Origin: Promethearchaeia archaeon
GTDB taxonomy: Archaea; Asgardarchaeota; Lokiarchaeia; Sigyniarchaeales; SOKP01
Direction: 5' to 3'
NCBI GenBank assembly: GCA_029856145.1
Contig: JAHQWK010000022.1
Span: 1-64,000 of the forward strand
Length of the DNA stretch: 64,000 bases
Shown here piece after piece: positions 40,234 through 50,646 of the stretch; positions within the stretch are counted from its first letter, which is position 1; every line of letters starts with the position of its first letter. The notes below the pieces were generated by a model, which had not been told where the DNA came from, did no database searches, and saw nothing but the letters and a program-made list of their open reading frames with translations. The position numbers and the translations under genes were made by a program.

Positions 40234-41991
40234 ATGGTAGTTATGTCTTCTCAAGAAGGAAATCAGAATAATCCATATAACTTTGATGATTTTTTATTTG
40301 TCAGGGATCATTTTAATTATTATAAAGATGATAAGTTTTTACAAGCTCTTATTAATAAGTATCTCCCTCAAGAAGAGTTTGAAAAAATAGATAAAGATCT
40401 CCGTGCTCTCTCTGATTATGTTTCTTTTAGATTTCGAGATCTTGCTGATAAAGCAAATGAACTTGAAAATAGGGTAAAAGTTACGAAAGTCAAACATTTT
40501 GATGCACATAATCATCGAATTGATCGTATAGAAAGATGTTTAGAGACAAAAATTTTAGAACGAGAAGTGTTTAGCCTTGGCCTTTTTGATCCTACTCGAA
40601 ACTCTGCTTGGAGTAGATTTATCAAAATATTTTTACTCTATGAAAACGGAGAAGCAGGAGTAATGTGTCCCGTAGCGTGTTCTCATGGAGCTGTTGAACT
40701 TATGCAAAAATATGAAGGTACATTGAGCCCTGAAGCAAAAACAATCCTAAAATCCATAAGAGATGGTGAAAATGGAGAATATAAGCTTGGTGCTCAATTT
40801 GTAAGTGAGATTCAGGGAGGAAGTGATGTTCCGGCAAACTTAGTTGAGGCCGTATTTGAAAAAGAGGAAGGTAAAGACGGAATGTCGAATGTATGGAGGC
40901 TTTATGGTCAAAAATTTTTCTGCTCAGCTATTCAGGCAGATTATGCAATTGTTACAGCAAAGCCAAAAAATATGCCATCATCCACTAGAATTGCAGCTTT
41001 TGCAGTACCTTCGTGGTTACCTGGCAATAAAGAAAAAGAAATTAGAAATTCGTACACTATTGATAGATTAAAGCAAAAACTAGGAACTGCAGAATTACCA
41101 ACAGCAGAGATTACTTATGATGGTACTGTAGCCTACCCCGTAGGCCCACTTGAAAAAGGATTAGCAGATATCGTAGGAATTGTTCTTTCGTTATCTAGAC
41201 TTCATGTAGCCTTTGGAATGGCTGCTGGTGCTTTACGAGTTGTAAGAGAAGCGATATTATATTCCCAATTTAGAGCTGCTTTTGGTGTACCAATATCTTC
41301 ATTTCCAATGATGATAAATCAAATAAATGAAATAGACCAATTTGCAAAAAGAACAGCGGCGGCTACCTTTAAAATTTATTCTGAATATATTCATTTTAAT
41401 GAAGAACTTATCAGTGGAATAAGGGAATTAGAGAAAATTAAAGATATCGAGGAATGCAAGCGCCGATTTAGATTACGGGAATTAATAATGCTACAAAAAA
41501 TTGTAGTAGCTGATGAAGCTCCAGCAATGATACGCAAAGCAATTTCATTTTATGGAGGGCATGGTATCATGGAAGATTTTCTTTCATCTCCGCGCTTTCA
41601 TAGAGATGCTATGATTATGGAATTATGGGAGGGGCCTAGAAATGTACTCCTCACTCAAATTCATCGAGATTTTTCAAGAGTAAAAGACTGGTATCCAGCT
41701 GATGATTTTTGTAGAGATTTACTAGAGGGAGCAAATTCAGATATTATTGAAGAATATTCATCAGAATTTAATAGAATAATGTCCCATGATAGTCTTCTAA
41801 GAAATGATGAACAAACCTTAGCAATATGTCAAGATTGGGAAGAATTTTCTAATAAACTTTTCATTGCATACCAAGAACAAGCGTTAAAAGAACTTGATTA
41901 TACTAATAAACCAATGAAATTTTCCAAATTACTCCGTGAACTTAGGAAAAGAGAATCACCTGAATTCCAGGAACAAATAGCAATTCAATGA
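40234..41991 (+). CDS. Acyl-CoA dehydrogenase family protein (AidB-like)
   Basis: MCPVACSHG, AQFVSEIQGGSDV, G.KFFCS, RLKQKLGT, GGHG, WEGPRNV. Confidence 0.9.
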   Translation: MVVMSSQEGNQNNPYNFDDFLFVRDHFNYYKDDKFLQALINKYLPQEEFEKIDKDLRALSDYVSFRFRDLADKANELENRVKVTKVKHFDAHNHRIDRIERCLETKILEREVFSLGLFDPTRNSAWSRFIKIFLLYENGEAGVMCPVACSHGAVELMQKYEGTLSPEAKTILKSIRDGENGEYKLGAQFVSEIQGGSDVPANLVEAVFEKEEGKDGMSNVWRLYGQKFFCSAIQADYAIVTAKPKNMPSSTRIAAFAVPSWLPGNKEKEIRNSYTIDRLKQKLGTAELPTAEITYDGTVAYPVGPLEKGLADIVGIVLSLSRLHVAFGMAAGALRVVREAILYSQFRAAFGVPISSFPMMINQINEIDQFAKRTAAATFKIYSEYIHFNEELISGIRELEKIKDIEECKRRFRLRELIMLQKIVVADEAPAMIRKAISFYGGHGIMEDFLSSPRFHRDAMIMELWEGPRNVLLTQIHRDFSRVKDWYPADDFCRDLLEGANSDIIEEYSSEFNRIMSHDSLLRNDEQTLAICQDWEEFSNKLFIAYQEQALKELDYTNKPMKFSKLLRELRKRESPEFQEQIAIQ

Positions 41992-42015
41992 AAATAGAGA
42001 TCCATAAATGTAAAT

Positions 42016-43308
42016 TTAAAATTGATTGATTTCTTTTTTTATATTTCCATTGGAATCTTGATAATAAAGTGAATTTGAAGGCACATCTTCATTGATTAAT
42101 GTGTGCGCTCCGATAATAGAATTTTCACCTATCTTTTTACCACACATTATACTTGCATTGATTCCTGTCTGGGAATTAGGTCCAATTATTGCTCCTAATT
42201 TTCTTCTGCCAGAATCAACTAACTTTTTGTTAATTTTCATTTTTATATTTTTATTATCAAATCTCAAGTTTGATATTTTAGTACCTGCCCCTAGGTTAAT
42301 ATTTTCGCATAAAATAGAATCACCTACATAATTAAAATGTGGGACGGAAGTATTAGACAAAATTATTGAATTCTTTACTTCAGACATTCCAATATGGCAA
42401 TTATTTTCAATCGAAGTATATGGACGTATAAAAGCATTTGGTCCTATGACATTTTTTTCTCCTATATAACATGGGCCTTGAATACAAGAACCTGATTTAA
42501 CAGTAGTTCCTTTTCCTATATAGACATTTCCTTGAATTTTGACATTTTCTTCGATTTCTCCAAAGATCTGATTTTTTTTACCGTCTAAAAGAAACTTATT
42601 TGCCTCAAACAGTTGCCATGGTAATCCAATATCGTTCCAGAAATAGTTATTTATATTACAACCGATGATTTTTCCCCCAAATTCATTTATTAGTATTTGC
42701 ATAGAATCCGTAAATTCATATTCATTCCTAATGGATTTTTGGGTTCTTTCTATAGCTTTAAAAATCGATTGTTTAAATATATATATTCCTGCATTTGCTA
42801 AATTTCCCGCATTTTGTTTAGGAAGAGGTTTTTCTATTATTTTTTCAACTAAATCTTTAGAATTCAATTTGATAATCCCATAATCTTGTGGATTATCTAC
42901 TTTCAGTAATGTGATTAATCCTTCATAATTATTTTCCCTATATTTCTGTAAGATAACTCGAAAGATTTCAGGATCGATAAATAAATCACCATACATCATC
43001 AAAAAATCTTCGTCTTTAATAAAATCTTTCGCATAACCTGCTGCGTGAGCAGTTCCTAAATATTCTTCTTGAGTGATATATTCAATTTTCACTTTTAATT
43101 GGTGTGATGCTTTTTCAAAGTATTCCTTAATTATTTCTTTTTTATATCCAACAATAAGTAAAAATTGATCTATTCCCACATTTTTAAGTCCCAAAATAGT
43201 ATGTTCTAAAAGAGGTTTTCCTAATAATGGTATCATTGGTTTAGGTCTTGATGAGGTTATTGGCCTTAGCCTCTTTCCTTCTCCTGCGGCTAGTATTACG
43301 GCTTTCAT
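42016..43308 (-). CDS. glmU: Bifunctional sugar-1-phosphate nucleotidyltransferase/acetyltransferase (archaeal GlmU-like)
   Basis: ILAAGEGKRLRPIT..RPKPM, GTAHA, EKP, hexapeptide repeats, HFNYVGDS, NLRFD, GRRKLGA. Confidence 0.9.
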   Translation of the reverse strand: MKAVILAAGEGKRLRPITSSRPKPMIPLLGKPLLEHTILGLKNVGIDQFLLIVGYKKEIIKEYFEKASHQLKVKIEYITQEEYLGTAHAAGYAKDFIKDEDFLMMYGDLFIDPEIFRVILQKYRENNYEGLITLLKVDNPQDYGIIKLNSKDLVEKIIEKPLPKQNAGNLANAGIYIFKQSIFKAIERTQKSIRNEYEFTDSMQILINEFGGKIIGCNINNYFWNDIGLPWQLFEANKFLLDGKKNQIFGEIEENVKIQGNVYIGKGTTVKSGSCIQGPCYIGEKNVIGPNAFIRPYTSIENNCHIGMSEVKNSIILSNTSVPHFNYVGDSILCENINLGAGTKISNLRFDNKNIKMKINKKLVDSGRRKLGAIIGPNSQTGINASIMCGKKIGENSIIGAHTLINEDVPSNSLYYQDSNGNIKKEINQF

Positions 43309-43333
43309 AAAAACGATTTAATAATATATATAT

Positions 43334-44242
43334 TTAATTTATTTTGTCAAAATCTTTTACAACTTCATCAAGATAGTATTTCAAATGTTTAAAAGGTCTT
43401 AAATTTCCCGCAAATTCTTCTCTAAAAGCAGAATCTAAAGATAATTTAGATTTCAATTGTTTAAAAATTGCTTTTACTTTATAAAAATTACCAGTAGCGA
43501 TAAAATCTACTGAATAACCATTAATGCTTCCAAATAATATAATTTTCTTATTATTATTTTCTTGAACACTTTCAGTATCTTCTATATGTATTTCTTTAAT
43601 TTTTGTTTTAGTACGAATTAGGGTGTTCATTGAAATTGTAGCTAATTTAGCAGACAAATCTGAGCTATATAATTCAATATTTTCAATAGTTTCATCTCTA
43701 TTTAAATTTGTTAAAAGATTAATATCAAAAAGTTGAGAAACAATTGGTAATCCTTGAGCAGATATCCCCGCATACAATATCGCATTTTGTCCATTCTTAA
43801 TAGATTTTTCATAAATAATTTCTTCTTCTAAGGGGTCTAAATATTTATCTCTTAGATATTCTGTAATCAGTTTAATAACGTCCTTAAAAGTAGGTTCTTC
43901 GGAAGAAAATTTCAATCTATCTAAATCATTATATTGAACTTGAACCTGTTTACAGAAGTCTTTTAACATTTTAAAAGATTCTGTTGATCCTACACTAAAA
44001 TTGCCAATACTACAGAAGAATAAATTTTGACCAGCATTCGTAACCATATGTTCAACAATAATCCTTTCTGTACCAAACTTTTTATGCTTTAAACAAATTT
44101 TCCTCAAACGCCAGGTATTTCTGGGATTTATACTGCGTAGCAGCTTCTCTGTAAATAGAATGATCTCAAAAGCATTGTATTTTTTTTCATCTGAACAATA
44201 AAGAATATCATTCTCTAAGATAATACTGAAAGAAGAGATCAT
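43334..44242 (-). CDS. Hypothetical protein, probable tandem longin-like domains
   Basis: Two ~140-aa beta-beta-alpha-beta-beta-beta-alpha-alpha-like segments (MISSFSII...; ILYAGISAQGLPIVS...). Fold inferred by eye. Confidence 0.55.
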   Translation of the reverse strand: MISSFSIILENDILYCSDEKKYNAFEIILFTEKLLRSINPRNTWRLRKICLKHKKFGTERIIVEHMVTNAGQNLFFCSIGNFSVGSTESFKMLKDFCKQVQVQYNDLDRLKFSSEEPTFKDVIKLITEYLRDKYLDPLEEEIIYEKSIKNGQNAILYAGISAQGLPIVSQLFDINLLTNLNRDETIENIELYSSDLSAKLATISMNTLIRTKTKIKEIHIEDTESVQENNNKKIILFGSINGYSVDFIATGNFYKVKAIFKQLKSKLSLDSAFREEFAGNLRPFKHLKYYLDEVVKDFDKIN

Positions 44243-44440
44243 AAGGGAAAATTTTAAATTAGTAGAAGATCAATTAATTATCTCTTATTATAGTAAAAAT
44301 TATCTGATATATTAAGTTTTTTTGATTTAATTTGATAAAAAATGCATTAATTCTTGAAGATTATGAAGATTAAAACTATAAGTATAAATTTTATTAGAAT
44401 TAAATAATTACAAACTTAAACATCATTATTCAACTAAAAA

Positions 44441-45247
44441 ATGGATACACTACAACCAATAGAGAAAGAAAGTATTAGAAATGCTTCTGAGTTGCTCTTC
44501 AATTCAAAATATGCAATTGTATTAACCGGAGCAGGAATTTCAACAGAATCTGGAATTCCAGACTTTAGAGGAGAAAGTGGAATTTGGAAAAAATACAAAC
44601 CTAAGATATATGGAAGCATTCAATCCTTCTTAAAGGATCCATCAAAATTTTGGAAAATGGCTGAAGAAATTGCTCCAACTTTATTTAATGCTGAACCAAA
44701 CCCTGGCCATTATGCTATTGCAGATCTTGAAAAATTAAATATAATTAAAGCCATTATTACTCAAAATATTGATGAATTACATCAAAAAGCAGGAAATGTT
44801 ATTGTATATGAAGTACATGGAAATATTAATAGATTTACCTGCTTGGGATGTCGTGCAAGCTACACAAAAGAACAACTTCTGCGTAAATTAAAAAAAGAAA
44901 AAAATTTACCTCCAGGATGCAATTATTGTGGTGCTCCTTTAAAACCTTCTGTAGTGCTATTTGGAGAAAGTCTACCTAATTTTGAAAAATATATGTCAAT
45001 AGATATAGCTAAAAAGTCAGATGTCATGTTAATAGCAGGCTCTTCCCTCACAGTGACACCAGTATGTGATTTGCCTCTTTATACTCTGAGTGAAGGGGGG
45101 AAAATAATTATAGTGAATGATGAGCCAACATATTTAGATGAACGTGCGGAAATTGTTATCAATAATAAAACTGAAACCATTTTACCATTGATTGTGGAAG
45201 AAATCAAGAAAATTAAAGCAGAGCATGAATCAAAAACTCATAATTGA
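44441..45247 (+). CDS. cobB: Sir2-family NAD-dependent protein deacylase
   Basis: TGAGISTESGIPDFRG, TQNID, HG, CLGC..CNYC, GSSL. Confidence 0.95.
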   Translation: MDTLQPIEKESIRNASELLFNSKYAIVLTGAGISTESGIPDFRGESGIWKKYKPKIYGSIQSFLKDPSKFWKMAEEIAPTLFNAEPNPGHYAIADLEKLNIIKAIITQNIDELHQKAGNVIVYEVHGNINRFTCLGCRASYTKEQLLRKLKKEKNLPPGCNYCGAPLKPSVVLFGESLPNFEKYMSIDIAKKSDVMLIAGSSLTVTPVCDLPLYTLSEGGKIIIVNDEPTYLDERAEIVINNKTETILPLIVEEIKKIKAEHESKTHN

Positions 45248-45284
45248 TTGATTTTTTATAAATTATTTTTAAAGTTTTTTTTAT

Positions 45285-46874
45285 ATGATTACAGAGAATA
45301 TTATAATTAAAGATTGGCGAAAAATTGATTTTTCTTTTGGATTAATTTACCCTAATGTATATAAAATCGGTATGTCTTCATACTCTATTAGACTTCTCTA
45401 TTTCCTAATAAATTCATTTGAAAATATTGCTTGTGAACGTATTTTTTTACCTAGAAATATAAAGTTGAGATTTCCTGCTTCGAAAGATTATTCTTCGAAA
45501 AATCTTTTACGATCCCTTGAAAATAAAATATTGCCAGAAGAATTTGATATCTTAGGTTTCTCAATACATTTTGAGAATGATTTTAAAAACATATTATGGA
45601 TATTAGAAAAAGCTGAGATCCCTTTAACTTCTCAAGAGCGTTATAACGTTTTAATTAAAGATAATGCTCAATTTCCAATTATAATAGGAGGAGGGCCCGC
45701 AGTCACCTCAAATCCAATCACGTTAAGTGATTATTTTGATATTTTGTTTATTGGTGATGCAGAGGAAAGTTTAAAATCATTTTTTAAAATCTTTCAAACT
45801 TATAAAAAAGAAGATTTAAATTTTAGAGAATTTTTAGAGAGAGTTAGATTAATAGAAGGAATTTATATACCTACACTTAACAATAGAGCTAAAAGAGCAA
45901 TTCTTAAAAATCTTGATGATTCGTCTACTCCTATTTTTCAACTGATATCCAAATCATCTGAAGAAAAATCAATTTTTGAGAGCAATTTTTTTCTTGAAAT
46001 CAATAGGGGATGTCCTTATCAATGTAAATTTTGTATCTCTTCTTTTCATAATTCTCCATTCAGAAACAGAAGTTATGATAACATTAAGCACGCTGTTGAA
46101 GATGGAATAAAATATTCTGATTTCGAAACAATAAGCCTTATAGGTTCCTGCGTTTCATCACACCCTAAATTTAAGGAGATTTGTGAGCATATAATTAACA
46201 ATGGAAAAAGATTAACAATTCCTTCAATTCGGATTGAGCATCTAAATATGGATATAATTCATATTTTAGAAAAAGCAAACATCAAAACTATTACTATTGC
46301 TCCGGAAACTGGTTCTGAAAGTTTGAGATTTGCACTCGGAAAGATGATACCTAATGAAAAAATTATTTCAGTTTTAACTCAAATAAGAGATTCTCAAATT
46401 AAAAATGTAAAATTATACTTTTTAATAGGTTTACCAGAGGAGAAGGAAGAAAATATTGATGATATTATTAATTTATTAAAATTATTTGATGATTTAGATT
46501 TTGAAAAAAACGCCTTACGAGTAAATATTAATCCATTTGTTCCAAAACTTAATACTCCTTATGAAAAAGAAGTATTTTTTTATTTAAAAGAAAATTTGCA
46601 TGATTTGATAAAAAAATATCAAAAATTGGAAAGAGAATTGAAAAATTTAAGCTCAATAAAGCTCAAATTTAAAAATGTCAAGTATATCATTAAGAATGCT
46701 AGACTTCAAACTATTATTTCTTTAGGAAATCAACAAATTTCAGATCTACTTTTAAACTATTATACCAATGGAGCTATACTTAGTTCACTTGAAAAAGCTG
46801 AAAAAGAATTAAATTTCTCTATCAATGATTACCTATTGAAAATCAAAGAATGTTATACTCCTTGGATAATCTAA
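45285..46874 (+). CDS. Radical SAM protein (TIGR03960-like architecture)
   Basis: YPNVYKIGMS, CERIF, IGGGP, EINRGCPYQCKFC, TIAPETG, KLYFLIGLP, PFVPK. Confidence 0.88.
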   Translation: MITENIIIKDWRKIDFSFGLIYPNVYKIGMSSYSIRLLYFLINSFENIACERIFLPRNIKLRFPASKDYSSKNLLRSLENKILPEEFDILGFSIHFENDFKNILWILEKAEIPLTSQERYNVLIKDNAQFPIIIGGGPAVTSNPITLSDYFDILFIGDAEESLKSFFKIFQTYKKEDLNFREFLERVRLIEGIYIPTLNNRAKRAILKNLDDSSTPIFQLISKSSEEKSIFESNFFLEINRGCPYQCKFCISSFHNSPFRNRSYDNIKHAVEDGIKYSDFETISLIGSCVSSHPKFKEICEHIINNGKRLTIPSIRIEHLNMDIIHILEKANIKTITIAPETGSESLRFALGKMIPNEKIISVLTQIRDSQIKNVKLYFLIGLPEEKEENIDDIINLLKLFDDLDFEKNALRVNINPFVPKLNTPYEKEVFFYLKENLHDLIKKYQKLERELKNLSSIKLKFKNVKYIIKNARLQTIISLGNQQISDLLLNYYTNGAILSSLEKAEKELNFSINDYLLKIKECYTPWII

Positions 46875-46908
46875 ATTGATGATAAATAAAATAAAAATAA
46901 AAAAAAAA

Positions 46909-47412
46909 TTAATCAATTTTTTTAAAGACCTTTTTAACTGCTCCACAAACAGGGCAATTATCAGGTGGTTCTCCTTCGTGAGTGTATCCACAGACGGGAC
47001 ATATATATATATCATTTTTTTCTAAATCTTTACCCTTTCCTATCGATTCAAGAGCAGCACTATACAGTTTATGATGAATCTTTTCTACTTCATTGGCATA
47101 ATTAAATGTTCTCTCTGCAGCTTTGTTTCCCTCGTTCTTAGCAGCTTCAAGGAACTCAGGATACATTTTTGTAAATTCATAATGCTCACCTTCTACTGCT
47201 GCTTGTATATTTTCTTTTGTAGATTTAACTCCTCCAAGAACTCTAAGATGATTATGAGCATGAACTGTTTCTGCGGCAGCAGCAGCTCTAAAAACTTTTG
47301 CTACTTGAGGGAAACCTTCTTTATCGGCTTGTTCAGCAAAAGCTAAATATTTACGATTTGCTTGTGATTCTCCCGCAAATGCTTCTTTTAATCCTTCTTC
47401 TGTTTTTGACAT
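46909..47412 (-). CDS. rbr: Rubrerythrin
   Basis: AFAGESQANRKY, ETVHA, EHYE, EKIH; C-terminal rubredoxin CPVCG..CPVCG. Confidence 0.95.
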   Translation of the reverse strand: MSKTEEGLKEAFAGESQANRKYLAFAEQADKEGFPQVAKVFRAAAAAETVHAHNHLRVLGGVKSTKENIQAAVEGEHYEFTKMYPEFLEAAKNEGNKAAERTFNYANEVEKIHHKLYSAALESIGKGKDLEKNDIYICPVCGYTHEGEPPDNCPVCGAVKKVFKKID

Positions 47413-47564
47413 AAACCTTCACTTTAATGATAATTGTATGTTAGAATTATTTTTCGATATTTTTTAACTTGGTTTTTATAAATCATAAATTAGGTTTAAA
47501 ATAAAATATGTCTTAACAATTTAAAAATTTAAAACATTAACAAAATATCTAAATCTTTGTTTTA

Positions 47565-48365
47565 TTAACTTGAAAGTAGATTTTTAACAGAATCTACAAT
47601 TCGAGTTAAATAGTGTTCAGCTACTCCAAATCTTACATGAGAATTAAAAACTAAAATTATGAAATATTTATTTTGAACATATTCTGAAAAGATGAATCTA
47701 TTATCTTTAAAAGTATAGAAGAGTTTTAATATTGAATTATTATAGATTTTAACACGAAATTCAACCTCTTTTAAAAAATTCTTCAAATAAGCTTTGTTAT
47801 ATGGGGCGTATAACACTTTTCCTCTATCAGTTAAAAGAATAGCTCCGTCAATTTCATCAATTAATATTAATTCTTTCATGTATTCAATAATTTGCTCTTC
47901 GGTTTTTAAATTGAACTCATTACTGAAGGCATCTTCAATAGTTTCCTCGATAATTTCATTAAATACACCGTCATATACGATTTGTTTATTAATATTAATC
48001 TTTTTTTTACGCATATATATGGTAAGTCGTTTATTGATTTTATTTACAGCTTCCTCCAAGAAGATTTCATTTTCAATTGTATCGCATAAAATATTGTAAT
48101 TTAGAGCGCCTTTTTCAAAAATGACAAATTTTACATCACCCATTTCTATTGTTTTGAATTTTTTTCCAATCATTTCCTTAGAAAAAGACATCAAGGCAGT
48201 AATAAAGGGAGAAACTAAGTTTTTCTCTACTTGAAAATAATCTGTAAAATTTTTGCCAAAAAAACAAATACCAGATCTATTAAATATAAATAAATTGTGA
48301 ATATTTGTATTATCATAAGATCTTTTGATCATTGAGGGTAAAGATATTCGATCTTGTATTCCCAT
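47565..48365 (-). CDS. Longin-like plus roadblock-like two-domain protein
   Basis: N-terminal IHNLFIFNRSGIC...LVSPFITALMSFSKE (longin-like); C-terminal EIDGAILLTDRGKVL (roadblock-like). Confidence 0.7.
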   Translation of the reverse strand: MGIQDRISLPSMIKRSYDNTNIHNLFIFNRSGICFFGKNFTDYFQVEKNLVSPFITALMSFSKEMIGKKFKTIEMGDVKFVIFEKGALNYNILCDTIENEIFLEEAVNKINKRLTIYMRKKKININKQIVYDGVFNEIIEETIEDAFSNEFNLKTEEQIIEYMKELILIDEIDGAILLTDRGKVLYAPYNKAYLKNFLKEVEFRVKIYNNSILKLFYTFKDNRFIFSEYVQNKYFIILVFNSHVRFGVAEHYLTRIVDSVKNLLSS

Positions 48366-48766
48366 GAGATAAAATTAAAAAATAACTATAAAAAGAACAG
48401 ACTTTTATGTTTTATACCGTTTTTAAAAAATTTATTTCATGTAGCTTGGTTTTTTCTCAATATAGTATAGAAAATAATCAATCAAACGGGTGATTATATG
48501 TTTTTATTAAAAAGTACCTAATCTTTTAATTAAATCTTTTATTTCCAATTTGGAATTTAAAAGATCTTACTAAATTTATCATCAATTTTAAAATATAGGC
48601 CAGTTTTTACATTATTTTGGATTTACAAAAATTGTATTTAGAAGGTTGTTATTCATCGTTTAAGATAATTTAACCTTAAAGTTTAAAAATAAGGAAGACG
48701 GAATAATAATTAAATTACATAATTTATTTAAAACATTTTTAAATCATTATAGGAGGAATAAAAAAA

Positions 48767-48964
48767 ATGGCTAAAAAAGCAGCTGTTGATGCTCTTTTTG
48801 TGAAAAGTAAAGTCCGAGAATATATTAAAGGTAAGGGTTGCAACACAAGTGGAGATTTGATTGATGGCCCAGCACTTAATAATGCAATCATTGATGTTCT
48901 CAACAAAGCTATCGCAAGAGCTAAAGCTAATAACCGAAAAACGGTCCAAGAGAAGGATCTATAA
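48767..48964 (+). CDS. Short histone-fold protein (face-to-face / bacterial-type alpha3 histone-like)
   Basis: LFVKSKVREYIK...NTS...KAIARAKANNRKTVQEKDL with RxTxxxxD motif; strong AGGAGG site upstream. Confidence 0.85.
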   Translation: MAKKAAVDALFVKSKVREYIKGKGCNTSGDLIDGPALNNAIIDVLNKAIARAKANNRKTVQEKDL

Positions 48965-48984
48965 ACTTCTCGCCTTAAGATTTA

Positions 48985-48997
48985 TTTTTTTTTTTTT
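48985..48997 (+). terminator. Oligo(T) tract, probable archaeal intrinsic terminator after the histone-like gene
   Basis: T13 run about 20 nt after the stop codon. Confidence 0.5.
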
Positions 48998-49225
48998 CAT
49001 ACTTTATTTTCTATCAATATTTCTATTTCCAAATAAAAATTACAAATTTTATACTCCATTTATGTTTAAATTATTAAAAGGAGATGTTCTATGTACGAAC
49101 ACACAACCCACAAATAGTAAATAAAGAATAAAAATTCCAAACCAAATCGCCTTATACCTTATTTTCTTTCTTGAGAAAATGGAATTTTTTATTCTTATTT
49201 CTCTCCTTTTTTCATGGCTATTATT

Positions 49226-49747
49226 TTATTTTTCAGCAAAATCTTTATCAATTATAAAGAATCCTATTGATAATATGCTTTTTAATCTCTGAAGATCATC
49301 TTTCAATTTTTTTACACGTTCAAATGATCCTGATACAGCTATAATTTCTAGACATTTTTCATATTCTAAATGTACGTGCATTGTAGAAATAATAATGTCA
49401 TGAAAATGATGTTGAATATCATTTTTTAAGATTTCATCTGTTTGTTGAACATTTGCATAAATTGATCTTGAGCTATAATCATGATTGTGTTCAAAATCAT
49501 GTGATTCTTCATGAGAGTGCTGATGATTAAGATCAATATGTTCATGAGCCATTATTATTGCTATACAGCCTATTACGTTTTCTGAAACTACAGAGATATT
49601 TTCTTCTTGTATCATAAAAAGATACATAGCTTTCCTAATAGCATCAGATCTAGAAATTCCTAATTTATTTCTAAATTCCTCAAATTTATCATAGAGCTCT
49701 TGAGGAAGAGAAATTGTAAAACGTTTATATTCTTCCATTTTCAACAA
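49226..49747 (-). CDS. nikR: NikR-family nickel-responsive regulator with His-rich insertion
   Basis: RHH RFTISLP...SRSDAIRKA; QHHFHD, STMHVHL..EKCLEII. Confidence 0.88.
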   Translation of the reverse strand: MLKMEEYKRFTISLPQELYDKFEEFRNKLGISRSDAIRKAMYLFMIQEENISVVSENVIGCIAIIMAHEHIDLNHQHSHEESHDFEHNHDYSSRSIYANVQQTDEILKNDIQHHFHDIIISTMHVHLEYEKCLEIIAVSGSFERVKKLKDDLQRLKSILSIGFFIIDKDFAEK

Positions 49748-49781
49748 CTAGAAAGGTATAAAATTGTAGTTAAAAAAAAAA

Positions 49782-50516
49782 TTATTTTCTCATAAGGATC
49801 GCAATTGGTACACTTGCTTCACGCCACTGAGCAATTTTTCCAGAATATTCGAGGTCTAATTTCACCCTACCATGATCTCCAATGATAATCATTAATGAAT
49901 TTTGCCTTAGTTGTTTATAATTACCTAGAATCCATTTATCTGTTCTATTTATTAATTTTTCAATTAAATCTTCTGGAGTTCTTTGTCTTAACCGTTGTTG
50001 TTGTTTATGTAAATTCTCAAAATCTAAATAATGCATCCATGAAAGGTCATGTGTATTAATAACTTTCGCTGATTCAACCCAAGTACTCATATCAGTATCT
50101 TTTGCAATAGATTTTGTTCCCCCATCATATCTTTCTATATCTTTTTGTCTTCCAATTAAACAAGATGATTTCCCCCCATTATTTATAGCTTTTAAGAGAT
50201 GGAATCCATTAGGTTCAACTTCAAAACCACCATAAATTAATTGATGTAGTACTCCTAAAGTATAAGGGTTTTTAGTGCTAAGTAATAGCATTACTTCTGA
50301 GTTGGCAATCATAAATTGTGGTTTTAAATAAGTGATTTCAAAAAGACCAAAATTATCTATTAAATTTATGCTAATACGCTCGATTCCTTGATACAAATCT
50401 AAAATATCTGGGATTGCTTCTGGAATAGTGTTATGAGGGGGGTCAATATTTAGTAATTTTAGCAAAGTTCCCGGTAATTGGGTAAGGTAAGCCTTAAGAG
50501 TTTGCAGTTCTGACAT
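49782..50516 (-). CDS. Divergent alkaline-phosphatase-superfamily-like protein
   Basis: INLIDNFG and MIIIGDHG metal-site motifs; short, with no obvious nucleophile segment. Confidence 0.6.
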   Translation of the reverse strand: MSELQTLKAYLTQLPGTLLKLLNIDPPHNTIPEAIPDILDLYQGIERISINLIDNFGLFEITYLKPQFMIANSEVMLLLSTKNPYTLGVLHQLIYGGFEVEPNGFHLLKAINNGGKSSCLIGRQKDIERYDGGTKSIAKDTDMSTWVESAKVINTHDLSWMHYLDFENLHKQQQRLRQRTPEDLIEKLINRTDKWILGNYKQLRQNSLMIIIGDHGRVKLDLEYSGKIAQWREASVPIAILMRK

Positions 50517-50646
50517 ATCTGTGTTTTAAATTTGAAAATATAATTTATTTTTAATAATTCTTAATATTATTAAAAAGATAATATACTTATAAAATTGTTA
50601 TCACATTAAATATTGAGTCATATACCAATTTTGAAATAATGATAAA

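Noticed and set aside
48861-49215. 87-aa plus ORF overlapping the histone gene, and a hydrophobic minus-strand frame at 49049-49200
   Set aside because: The first crosses the poly-T terminator out of frame with the histone. The second has no in-frame start codon (the ATG at 49215 stops after 6 codons).
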